A DNA stretch of 64,000 nucleotides from Candidatus Latescibacterota bacterium (GTDB lineage: Bacteria > Latescibacterota > UBA2968), in NCBI GenBank assembly GCA_965198115.1, contig OZ240241.1, positions 6,464,001 to 6,528,000 of the forward strand. The letters run 5' to 3'. The notes beneath the pieces are model-generated. The model made no database searches. It saw nothing but the letters and a program-made list of their open reading frames with translations, and had not been told where the DNA came from. This document shows, piece by piece, positions 50,095 through 59,957 of the stretch (positions are counted from its first letter, which is position 1; every line of letters begins with the position of its first letter). Position numbers and translations under genes: made by a program.

Positions 50095-52554
50095 CTATTC
50101 ATCTCTCAAAGCCAACACCGGATCCGCCAGGGCGGCACGGTAGGCGTGAAATGTGATTGTCAGCTGGGCGATGATGAGGGCAAGGGCCGAGCCGAGTATG
50201 AAGGCCGCCGGCCCGAGGTCGGCTCGGTAGGCGAAGTTGTCGAGCCAGCCTCGCATAATGCTCCAGCCGATCGGGGCGGCGATCACGGCGGCGATTAGGA
50301 CCAGCATCACGAATTCGCGAGAGACGAGCGCGATCAGTCCCGTGACGTTGGCACCGAGGGTCTTGCGGACACCGATCTCTTTGCGTCGTTCCTGCATGGC
50401 ATAGGACGCGAGTCCGAACAGTCCCATACAGGCGAGCGCGATGGCGTTTCCCGACGCGAACAGCGTGAGGGACTGAACGCGGTGCTCCTCTTCGTACATG
50501 TATTGGAACTCCTGATCGGCGAAGTAGTGACGGAAACCCTGACTTGCCGGTACGAACCGTGACCACACGTTCTTGAAGTGGTCGATGGTTTCCTCCAGAT
50601 CATCCGTGCGGATTCGGATCGCTACTCTGATGAACTGTCTTTTTCGCAGGATCATCGCGATGGGTCCGATCTTCTCCCGCAACGGGCTGTAATGGAAGTC
50701 ACTGACTACGCCGATGACATGGCCCACGCGATTCCGCTCGCTGTCGACCCACTTGAAAGAATTCCCGATGGCGGAGGTCGGTCTGTCCGGTTCGATGTCC
50801 CATCCGAGGGCCTTTACAGCCGTCTCGTTCAGGAGGAACGCGTGCGAGGTGTCGGCGGGAAAGTCGACCAGGTCGAACTTCCGGCCTGAGACGACGTCGA
50901 TCCCGTAGAAGTCCACGAAATTCTCGTCGACTTCCAGGACCTGCATACGCCAGTCGGTCGCGTGGTGACCCTCAGGTTCGACGCTGCGCAAGTTACCGCC
51001 ACTCCATCCGAGCCCCCAGCGATATGCCGTTGCGTCGAGGGCGTTGGGATGATCGAGAAGGGCCTGTCTGACGACCTGGTAGCGGTCCGCCAGTCTGGCG
51101 GTTTGGGGCGAGTTTCGATCTACTCCGAGGATCGGCACGACGACGACCTGCCGCGTGTCGTAGCCGAGATCCTTGTTCTTCATGAACTGGATCTGCTGAT
51201 AGATGACCCCCGTTCCGATGAGGAGGGTGATGGAGATGGCAAACTGGGCACTGACGAGGGCTTTGCGAATCCACTGGCCGCGAGATCCGCTCCTGAATGT
51301 GCCCTTGAGCGTCTCGTTTGGCTGAAACGCGGAGAGGAAAAGGGCAGGGTAGGCACCTGCGAGCAACCCGACGGCGGTCGCGATCACCACCGTGTGAACG
51401 ATGAGCTTTGGTTCGGTCAGCAAATCGAGTCTGAGTTGTTTGTGGAAGTAGGCGTTGAATTCGGGGAGGGCGATCTTCACGAACACGATGGCCAGAATCA
51501 GAGCAAGGAACGAGGTGATCACCGACTCGCTGAGAAATTGCCCGATTAGATGCGATCGGTAGGCCCCGGTGACCTTCCGCAGACCGACTTCCCGTGCTCG
51601 GCGAGCCGATCGTGCGGTGGTCAGGTTCGTGAAATTAATACACGCGATGGCCAGGACGACGATGGCGATGAACTGGTAGATGCGACTGATATCGCCCCGG
51701 CGCCCACTCCACCCCGTCGCTCTGATGTCCTTCTCTCGGGAGTAGAGATGCATGTCGTGGAGCGCCTGGAGGCGATAGTCGTTGTTCCGTGCGATGTCTG
51801 GCCCCATGTGACGATCGATCAGTGCGGAGAGCTTGTTCTCGAGCGAAGCCAGATCGGCCCCATCCCTTAGCAGGACGTAGGTCTGGACGGGTCGATGGGA
51901 GTAGGTGGGTAACCATCCTTCCCATCCTTCAACGGCCAGCGCGTGGGTCGGTCGTGTAACAATCGCTTCAAACCCGAAGGTCGAATTCTCCGGGACGTCC
52001 CGGAGAACGGCCGTGACCGTGAACTCGCCGTAGACCGTATTGCTGATCAACGTCAGTGTCTGGCCGATCGGATCCTGCTCGCCGAAGAGTCGTTGGGCTT
52101 GAGATTCGGTGATCGCGATGGAACTGGGATTCGGGAAGGCAGTTTTGTAGGATCCGCGTGTGAAAGGATAGTCGAAGAGGTCGAAGAACACGGGTGCGTC
52201 GACGACCCAAACCCCCAGTCCGAACCGACTCCCGTTGTGCTCGATATTCGCCCAACTCACGAGGATCCGGGCGACCTGCACGACTTCCGGAACACTCGTC
52301 TGGATGGCTTCTGCCAATCCACCTGAAGTCCCACGGTGTAGCACGGACTTCCCGCCGCTTCTCGTTTCCCGCAGGACATTGTAGATGCGGTCACCCTTGG
52401 GATGCCATCGGTCGAAGCTGTGCTCATCCTGAACATAGCGAATGACCAGGATGAAGGTCGCAGTGCCGATGGCGAGCCCGAAGATGTTGATGAGCGTGTA
52501 GAGCTTTTGGCGCATCATGTTGCGCCAGGCTATTGTCAGGTAATTGCGGAGCAT
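50095..52554 (-). CDS. Duplicated MacB/FtsX-type ABC transporter permease, paralog 2
   Basis: 819 aa; same motif set as paralog 1. Confidence 0.95.
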   Translation of the reverse strand: MLRNYLTIAWRNMMRQKLYTLINIFGLAIGTATFILVIRYVQDEHSFDRWHPKGDRIYNVLRETRSGGKSVLHRGTSGGLAEAIQTSVPEVVQVARILVSWANIEHNGSRFGLGVWVVDAPVFFDLFDYPFTRGSYKTAFPNPSSIAITESQAQRLFGEQDPIGQTLTLISNTVYGEFTVTAVLRDVPENSTFGFEAIVTRPTHALAVEGWEGWLPTYSHRPVQTYVLLRDGADLASLENKLSALIDRHMGPDIARNNDYRLQALHDMHLYSREKDIRATGWSGRRGDISRIYQFIAIVVLAIACINFTNLTTARSARRAREVGLRKVTGAYRSHLIGQFLSESVITSFLALILAIVFVKIALPEFNAYFHKQLRLDLLTEPKLIVHTVVIATAVGLLAGAYPALFLSAFQPNETLKGTFRSGSRGQWIRKALVSAQFAISITLLIGTGVIYQQIQFMKNKDLGYDTRQVVVVPILGVDRNSPQTARLADRYQVVRQALLDHPNALDATAYRWGLGWSGGNLRSVEPEGHHATDWRMQVLEVDENFVDFYGIDVVSGRKFDLVDFPADTSHAFLLNETAVKALGWDIEPDRPTSAIGNSFKWVDSERNRVGHVIGVVSDFHYSPLREKIGPIAMILRKRQFIRVAIRIRTDDLEETIDHFKNVWSRFVPASQGFRHYFADQEFQYMYEEEHRVQSLTLFASGNAIALACMGLFGLASYAMQERRKEIGVRKTLGANVTGLIALVSREFVMLVLIAAVIAAPIGWSIMRGWLDNFAYRADLGPAAFILGSALALIIAQLTITFHAYRAALADPVLALRDE

Positions 52555-52656
52555 TGAGAGGGAGAAGAAAGAAGTGAGAAGTGAGAAGGAAAACCGGTGG
52601 GGGCTTCGCCCAATGACCGGTGGGAGCAGCCTCCCGGCTGCGAACCGGTCGCCGCT

Positions 52657-55189
52657 TTATTCATCGCGTAGGGCCAACACCGGATCGGCCTGCGCAGCGC
52701 GAAACGCGTGAAAGGTGATCGTCAGCTGAGCGATGACGAGGGCCAGGGCCGCACCGAGGATGAACGCTGCCGGTCCGAGGTCGGCGCGGTAAGCGAAGTT
52801 GTCGAGCCACCCGCGCATGATGCGCCAAGTGAACGGCGCAGCAACGAGGGCGGCGATCAGTACGAGGGTGACGAACTCGCGGGAGACGAGGGTGATCAGG
52901 CCCGGAACAGAGGCGCCCAGCGTTTTGCGGACGCCTATTTCCTTTCGGCGTTCCTGCATGGCGTAGGAAGCGAGGCCGAACAAGCCCAATGCACCGAGTG
53001 TCTTGCGAACGCCGATCTCCTTGGTTCGTTCCTCCGTCGCGTAGGAGGCGAGTGCGAACAGACCCATGCAGGCGAGGAGGATGGCAACACCCGACGCGAT
53101 CAGCGTGGTATGCTGCACTCGGTGTTCTTCTCGATAGAGCGCTTCGAATTCCTCTTCCCAGAAAAACCGCCTAAACTCCACACCTTCGGGCGCGAAACGC
53201 TTCCAGGTCTGTTCGAGAAAGGCGAGGGTCTCGTCGAGGTCGTCGATCCGAAGCCGCAAGGCCAGGTTGATGAACTGCTTGGGGCGATAGATCATCGCCA
53301 TCGGAGCGACTTTCTCTCGAAGGGGCGCGTAGTGGAAGTCGCTGGCGACGCCGATCACGTGACCGACACGATTCCGCTCGTCGTCCACCCACTGGAACGC
53401 CTTTCCGATGGCCGAATTGGGACTGCCCACCCCGGTTTCCCAGCCCAGGGCCTCGACCGCTGCGTGGTTCAGGATGAAAGCGCGGGACGTATCAGCGGGG
53501 AAGTTGATCGGGTCGAACTCGCGGCCGGACACCATCTGGATGCCGTAGAAGTCCAGGAAATCCTCGTCGACCTCCAGAACGGGCATCCTCCAATCCGTGC
53601 CCTTGTGACCCTCCGGATCGACGCTTCGCATCATGCCACCACCCCACCCCAACCACCAACGGTAGGCCGTCGCGTCCAACACCGTTGGGTGCTCTGTGAA
53701 GGCCTGTTTGACGGTCTGATACCGGTCAGCCAACTTGGCCGTTCCCTTCAGGGTCGTCCACTGGTCCACCCCGAAAATAGGGAGGAACACCACCTGCTCC
53801 ATGCTGTAACCAAGGTCTTTGTTCCTGAGATACTGGAGCTGCTGATAGACCACGCCCGTACCGACGATGAGGACAATGGAGATCGCAAACTGGGCGATGA
53901 CGAGGCCCTTGCGAATCCAATGGCCGCGGGTTCCTGCCTGAGATGTCCCTTTGAGCGTCTCAGTCGGCTGGAACGAGGATAAGAAGAACGCCGGATACAG
54001 GCCGGCGACGATACCGACGCCGAGGGCGATGCCGGCGAGCGCGACCGCGAGGGATGGATCGTCGGTCAGGTCGATCGAGAGCTGTTTATTGAAGAAGGCG
54101 TTGAACTCGCCGATGACGAGGACGACAAGCAGAAGCGCCAGGGCCAGGGCGAGCAGCGAAGTGACGATCGATTCTCCGAGGAACTGGCTGATGAGCTGGC
54201 TGCGACGTGCGCCCGTAACCTTTCGGAGACCGACTTCGGCGGCACGACGGGCTGAGCGAGCGGTCGACAGGTTCGCGAAGTTGATGCAGGCAATGGCGAG
54301 TACGATCAGGGCGATGGCGCCGAACTGGTAGACGCGATTGATGTCTCCGTGCCAGTCGATGTTGTAGTCTCGGTTGGAGTAGAGGTAGATATCCTGGATG
54401 AGCTGCAGATGGTAATCGTTGTTCTTCCGGATCTCGGCTCCCATGTAGCGATCGATGATGTTCGATACCTTCGCACGCAGGGCCGCCAGATCCGCATCCT
54501 CGCGCAGCAGAACGAAGGTTCTTACCGGACGCCAGGAATAGGTCGGTGCCCACTGATTCCAGGCCTGGTCAGCGCCTTCGGAGACCGCGTGCGTGGCGAC
54601 ATAGTCGAATTCCCAGGTCCTGTTGAGGGGCAGATCCCTGATGATACCCGTGACGGTATACTCGCCGGGATGGTGGCGGCTTTCCATGGTCAACGTCTGA
54701 CCGATGGGGTCCTCATCCCCGAATACACGCTTTGCCGCCGATTCGGTCATGACGATGGCGTTCGGGTTGGGGAACGACGTCTCGAGTGATCCATTGACGA
54801 ACGGATAGTCGAAGACGCTGAACATCGATGTGTCGAGCGACGCACGACCGCAGCTCAAGCATCTTGTCTCCGCGGCGCACAACGACAAACGACAGCCACA
54901 CCCGTACGGCCTCTTCGATTTCGGGAAAGTCCTGCTCGAGGGTACCGGCGAGCGCACCGGAGGTGAATGGTTCGTATTCGGACTCCCCACCGCTTCGCGT
55001 TTCACGCAGGACGCGATAGATGCGGTCGCCTTTAGCGTGCCACGCGTCGAAACTGAATTCGTCCTGGATGAAGAGGAGAATGAGAATACACGTCGCCAGA
55101 CCAACCGCTAGACCGAGGACGTTGATGAGCGTGTAGCCCTTTTGGCGCATCATGTTGCGCCAGGCTATTGTCAGGTAGTTACGAAGCAT
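52657..55189 (-). pseudogene. Duplicated MacB/FtsX-type ABC permease, paralog 3 (frameshift ~54837; in-frame 26-codon tandem duplication)
   Basis: MLRNYLTIAW start at ATG 55189 (ORF 54713-55279) joins ORF 52657-55104; repeated GLF.LASYA..ER.KEIGVRKTLGA at 52912-53067. Confidence 0.88.
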
Positions 55190-55401
55190 AGGAAGTAGGC
55201 AGAAGGCAGTAGGGAGAAAGAAAACCGATAACCCGAGCGTCGGGCGGATTGCGATCCGCCCGAACCCGTCCGCAAGCAAGATTGCTTAGATCAGACCCTG
55301 AGGTGGGCTGGGGGCGGCCAGTCTAAATGTGACAGCGTCAGCAGGTGCAGAGTTTCACCACGACGTTGCGGCAACCGGGGGCCTTCCAGAGGATGAGACA
55401 C

Positions 55402-55797
55402 TTATCCGAAAGAGCCGTCCTTGCGATGGTGCAACAAGATGATGTTGCCGTCGGGATCCACGATCGATGCGAAGTGGCAGACAGGCGATTCAGAGGGAGG
55501 AGTGCCAACTTCAACGCCTTTGGCGGTCATTTCAGCCACAGCCTCCTCGACATCGTCGACAGCCAGGAAGATCGACCCGCCTCCGGGACGAAAAGGCTGG
55601 ACGACAGCATCCGGAACCTCGTATGGTCGGTTCTCGAGCGCGCCTAATGCCAGGGTCGTGGGCGGGACTGTAAACTCCGCCCAATAGTCTTCGTATTGAA
55701 ACTCCAATTCCAGACCGAGCGTATCGCGGTAAAACGCGATGCTCCGTTCGAGCTCGGTGACTCTGTACATAATGAAGTCGGCGCCACGCACGTTCAT
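55402..55797 (-). CDS. VOC/glyoxalase family protein
   Basis: YRVTELERSIAFYRDTLGL...LAVDDVE...DPDGNII. Confidence 0.9.
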   Translation of the reverse strand: MNVRGADFIMYRVTELERSIAFYRDTLGLELEFQYEDYWAEFTVPPTTLALGALENRPYEVPDAVVQPFRPGGGSIFLAVDDVEEAVAEMTAKGVEVGTPPSESPVCHFASIVDPDGNIILLHHRKDGSFG

Positions 55798-55889
55798 CGG
55801 TGATTCCTTTGTGGGGGTGATTGTTGTCGAGCGAAGTAGGGCGACAAGCTCGAATCGTCAGCCTTCCGTCGTTGTCTTTGGCACAATGT

Positions 55890-56562
55890 TCAGGGGGCGG
55901 TTTCCGCTCTCGCCTTTAGCGCCTCGTTCATGAGGACGAATCCTCGCCGCGTGTCCGTATCCAGGCTTTCCCAGAGCAGAGGCACGAGCAAACCTCTGAA
56001 CCTTTCGAAATGATGGAACCGTGTGCGTGTCCCATCGTCGAGGGGCTCGAGTTGATAGACGTGTCTTCCGTCGAAGACTCTGGGGAGCACGACGTCCCAG
56101 CCACTGGAGCTCTTCATCAGGGCGCACCACAAGAATGGTCGGCTCAAAGGTCATAGGATCACCCTCGGGGGGATCCACGGTAATGATGAGTCGTGCACCC
56201 TCTCTCGCCTCACCCTCGATCGTCCTGATGAACGGATTCCAATTCGAATGTCCCGGAAAGTCCGAGAAGATCTCCCAGACGCGATCGGGCGGGGCATCGA
56301 TGTCGATCTGTGTCCGGACTTCCATCTCTGTGACGGTCGTGCCGATCAGCAGGATCCCAAGGATGATGAAGCCCGTCTTGGAGCTGGGAGGAAGGTGAAG
56401 CTTCCACCGGGATGCCAGAAGGGCATTGATCGGAGGCAGCAGGATGGCGGTGAAAAGGAGGCAGACCACGCCGGGGACGAGCTGATACGGCAGGTTCAAG
56501 AGCCCGATGACGGCGAACAGGATTCCGAACAGCCAGCTCAAGATCATCTGGATAAGGGGCAT
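55890..56562 (-). pseudogene. SRPBCC (polyketide cyclase/START-like) domain protein with N-terminal TM helices, frameshifted
   Basis: IDIDAPPDRVWEI.SDF....WNPFI...ELQWLG joins VLPRVFDGRH...HFERFRG...F.LMNEALKARAE after a shift at ~56092. Confidence 0.8.
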
Positions 56563-56595
56563 GTTTGGTTCCTTGATGAGATTCGTCTGCCTGTG

Positions 56596-59029
56596 TTATT
56601 CGTGGTGCAGCGCGTGCACAGGGTCGATGGTTGCAGCTCTCATGGCCTGCGACATGACCGCTGCAAAAGCGACCACGATGGCAACGACCCCGCTGGCCAG
56701 GAAGATGCCCACACCCAGATCGATCCGATAGACGAATCCCTCCAGCCAATTCCGACTGGCATACCAGGCCAGGGGTAAACCGACGATCCCTGCGACGATG
56801 ACGAGCGAGACGAAGCTTCGAGACACGAGAAAGACGACGCTGGTCACGGACGCCCCGAGGACTTTACGTACGCCGATCTCCTGTGTGCGCTGCTGAGCGG
56901 TGAATGCCGCGAGACCGAACAGACCGAGACAGGCGACGAGGATCGAGAGAGCGGAAAACACGGTGACGGTTCGATGCAGGTTCGTTTCGGACCGATAGAG
57001 GTCTGCGAGATTGTCGTCGACGAATGTGTACTCGAAGGGTCGGTCCGGAATGAACCTGTCCCACGTCTTCTCCAGGAAAACAAGCGTTTCCGGGAGACGA
57101 TCCGGTGCGACGCGGACGGTGACCATGTTGTAGAGCCACGGCATCCAGCTGATGCTCATTGGCCGGATCGGCTCCCGAACGGACGCTCGGTTGAAATCTG
57201 CCATGACGCCCAGGACCTCGAGAGGAACGGAGGTACGGATGGATCGTTTCCAGATGATGCGCTTGCCAGGGGTCTCGGCCAGCGTCCAACCGAACTGCTT
57301 TAGCGTCGCTTCGTTGACAATGATCCTATCCCGAGCTTCTTCGAACCTCGTAAACGGCCTGCCGCTCAAGAGATCGATCCCATAGGTCTCGAGATAGGCG
57401 TCGTCCACGTTCCGGATCTCCATTCGGTATTCGGTGTCGGGGTCGGTTTCGGGCAAGACGACCCGCATCAGACCGGTTCCACCACGACCGGGCGTTCTCC
57501 GATGAGCAGAAACCTTCAGAACACCGGGATGTTCGAGAAAAGTCTGTCGAACTTCCTGGTACCTGTGGACGAGTGTGTTATCGATGGATCCTTCGAGACG
57601 ACGGTTCATCTCGAAGATGGGAATCGTAATGAGGAAGGATCGGTCGAAACCGAGGTCACGGGATTGAATGAAATCCATCTGACGATGGATGACGAGCGTC
57701 CCGGCGATCAGTCCGACGGTGATCGCAAACTGGGTGATGACAAGACCTTTTCGGAGCGCGTTTCCGCCGAGCTGGGCGCTCCCTCGGAGTACGTGCGCTG
57801 CATCGAAACGGGACATGACGAGGGCCGGATAGCTGCCCGCGGACAGCCCGACCAGGAAGGTGACGGCCGTGAGCGCCACGACCGCGAGCGGGTCGGTGAA
57901 AAGAAAGAGACTTTCCCGTCAGGAGGCTCACGCTAGGGAGAGCCAGTGACACGAGGGCCAGAGCGATGATCGACGCCAGGGTCGCCACGGCAGTGGCTTC
58001 GCCGAGAAACTGACCGACGCGCTGTCGTCGATGGGCGCCGATGGTCTTGCGTAAACCCACCTCGCGTGCTCGGTTCAGCGCACGTGCGGTGGTCAGATTG
58101 ACGTAGTTGGCGCACGCTATGGCCAGGATCAGGACCGCGATGGCGGTAAACAGATAGACATCGCGGATGTCGCCAAGCTTCTCGGCGGTCCGTTCGAGAC
58201 CGTAGTTCGGGATGGACTGAAGATAGATGTCCGGTAGCGGCTGGAGTCGCCAGGTGTTGGTCGCTCGCGTCTTTTCTCCCATGCTGCGGGCCATGAGGTC
58301 GGGCAGTTTCCGTTCGAACGTTTTGACATCTGTCTCCGGACGCAGACGGACATACGTTTCGACGGCTCGCCACGCAGCGGGTCGCCATTCGGTCCACGTG
58401 TCTCGGTTGCCGCGGTTCAGGATCGGAACGAGAAGAAAGTCGAATTCGAAAATGGTCGATGAAGTCGGTTGGGCGAGGATACCGGTCACCGTGTATTCAC
58501 CCCTGATGTAGCTGTCCGAGACCAGAACCTGTTTGCCCATCGGATCCTGATCCTCGAACAACTCCTTGGCCAACCGTCTGGTGAGCAGAATGGGGGCGGG
58601 TTCCTGGAGGGCCGTCGCCGCGTCGCCGCGTGCGAGAGGAAGGTCGAAGAACGACAAGACGTTGGCGTCCGCCGCGAACGACAGACGATCGAATCCTCTG
58701 TCTCCAGCGGAGATGGCGATCTTCTGCACGCGCCGGGTGCGGATCGCCGACTCGACCTCGGGAAACTCCTTTTCGAATGCCTCTCTGAGCGCGCCGGATG
58801 TCCTGGGCGTGATTTCCCGGCCCTGGCCGGGATTGCGGATGTCTCTCAAGACACGGTAAACTCGATCCGCGCCGGGATGATGACGATCGTATCCCAACTC
58901 GCCTTGCACGTAAAGCGCGATAACGAGGCACGCGGCCATGCCTACCGCGAGGCCCACGATGTTGATGAGGGCGTACCCCTTCCGTCGTAGCAGTGAGCGG
59001 ATCGCGATTTTGAGATAGCTGGTTAGCAA
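56596..59029 (-). pseudogene. Duplicated MacB/FtsX-type ABC permease, paralog 4 (frameshift ~57900)
   Basis: ORF 57656-59029 (MLTSYLKIAIRSLLR...) and ORF 56596-57879 join at the A-run 57899-57902; likely a sequencing indel. Confidence 0.88.
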
Positions 59030-59142
59030 GGTAGAAGTGAGTAGGGAGAAGGGTTCTTAGCTTTCGCGCTCGTGTCGTGCAGGACCACTCCAGTCAGTGG
59101 TGCTTCAGCTGACTCCCTGGCAACTGCCGCGGACTCTTGCGG

Positions 59143-59928
59143 CTAGGGTGTCCAGTGTCCCCATTCGTCGGTCTTTTTCCAGCGGCTGAAGCAAGAATCA
59201 CACTGGCAGAAGTAACGCATCATGAATCGGGGTCGTGTTCGTGCATTGGGGGTTCCGTTGTGACCGAAAAGATGCTGGAAGAATAGGATGTCCCCGCGTT
59301 TGGGCTCGAGTATGATGGGATCGCCGAGGTCGAGCGATGCGATGTCCTTGTTGAATTCGAAAAGATACTCATATCCGACAGGATCCGATTCGGCAAGCTC
59401 ACGGATCTTCCGATGCGAACCTGGCCAAACAGCCGTTCCACCGCCGCCCGGCTCGATGTCGCTCAGATAGATCAAGGACGCGATGCGAAACGGACCGGGG
59501 AAGGTTCGATGCATGTGCTCCCTGGGAATGCCGTCGACGTGTGCTTTGACCGGCTTCCGTTCCCCGTTGCACGCAAGCAGGTTCTGGGTGTGGATCGCCT
59601 GGGGAGGGTGGTCGTCCACGTTCTCACCGATCAGTTCCGAAACGGTGGACAGGTAGCTCGAGGTGGCACACGCCATCAGCTCTGGATCCTGTAGCGCATT
59701 GAAGATGACGACCCCTCTCGACTCGGCGAACTCGTGTGCGCCGTCGGGAACGGTAGACCACGTACCGGGATCGTTCGGGTCCATCTCCATCCGATCCCAC
59801 ATCCGGGCTTCGGCTGCGGCGGATATGTCGTCGGGGATCAGGCCGGAGGCAAGCAGATAACCATCGGCGTGATAGGCGTCGATTTGGGATTGGGTCAACA
59901 TGGTTACGTCCGGGTAGGGTGCCGGCAT
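59143..59928 (-). CDS. PhyH-family Fe(II)/2OG dioxygenase
   Basis: YHADGY, AHVDG, GGGTAVWPGSH, GDILF...GHNG. Confidence 0.88.
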   Translation of the reverse strand: MPAPYPDVTMLTQSQIDAYHADGYLLASGLIPDDISAAAEARMWDRMEMDPNDPGTWSTVPDGAHEFAESRGVVIFNALQDPELMACATSSYLSTVSELIGENVDDHPPQAIHTQNLLACNGERKPVKAHVDGIPREHMHRTFPGPFRIASLIYLSDIEPGGGGTAVWPGSHRKIRELAESDPVGYEYLFEFNKDIASLDLGDPIILEPKRGDILFFQHLFGHNGTPNARTRPRFMMRYFCQCDSCFSRWKKTDEWGHWTP

Positions 59929-59957
59929 GCCGTGACCCCACGAGCAATGTGTACAGG

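Noticed and set aside
47489-59029. Diversity-generating retroelement acting on the permease paralogs
   Set aside because: No reverse transcriptase and no template/variable repeat pair with adenine-specific mismatches was seen.
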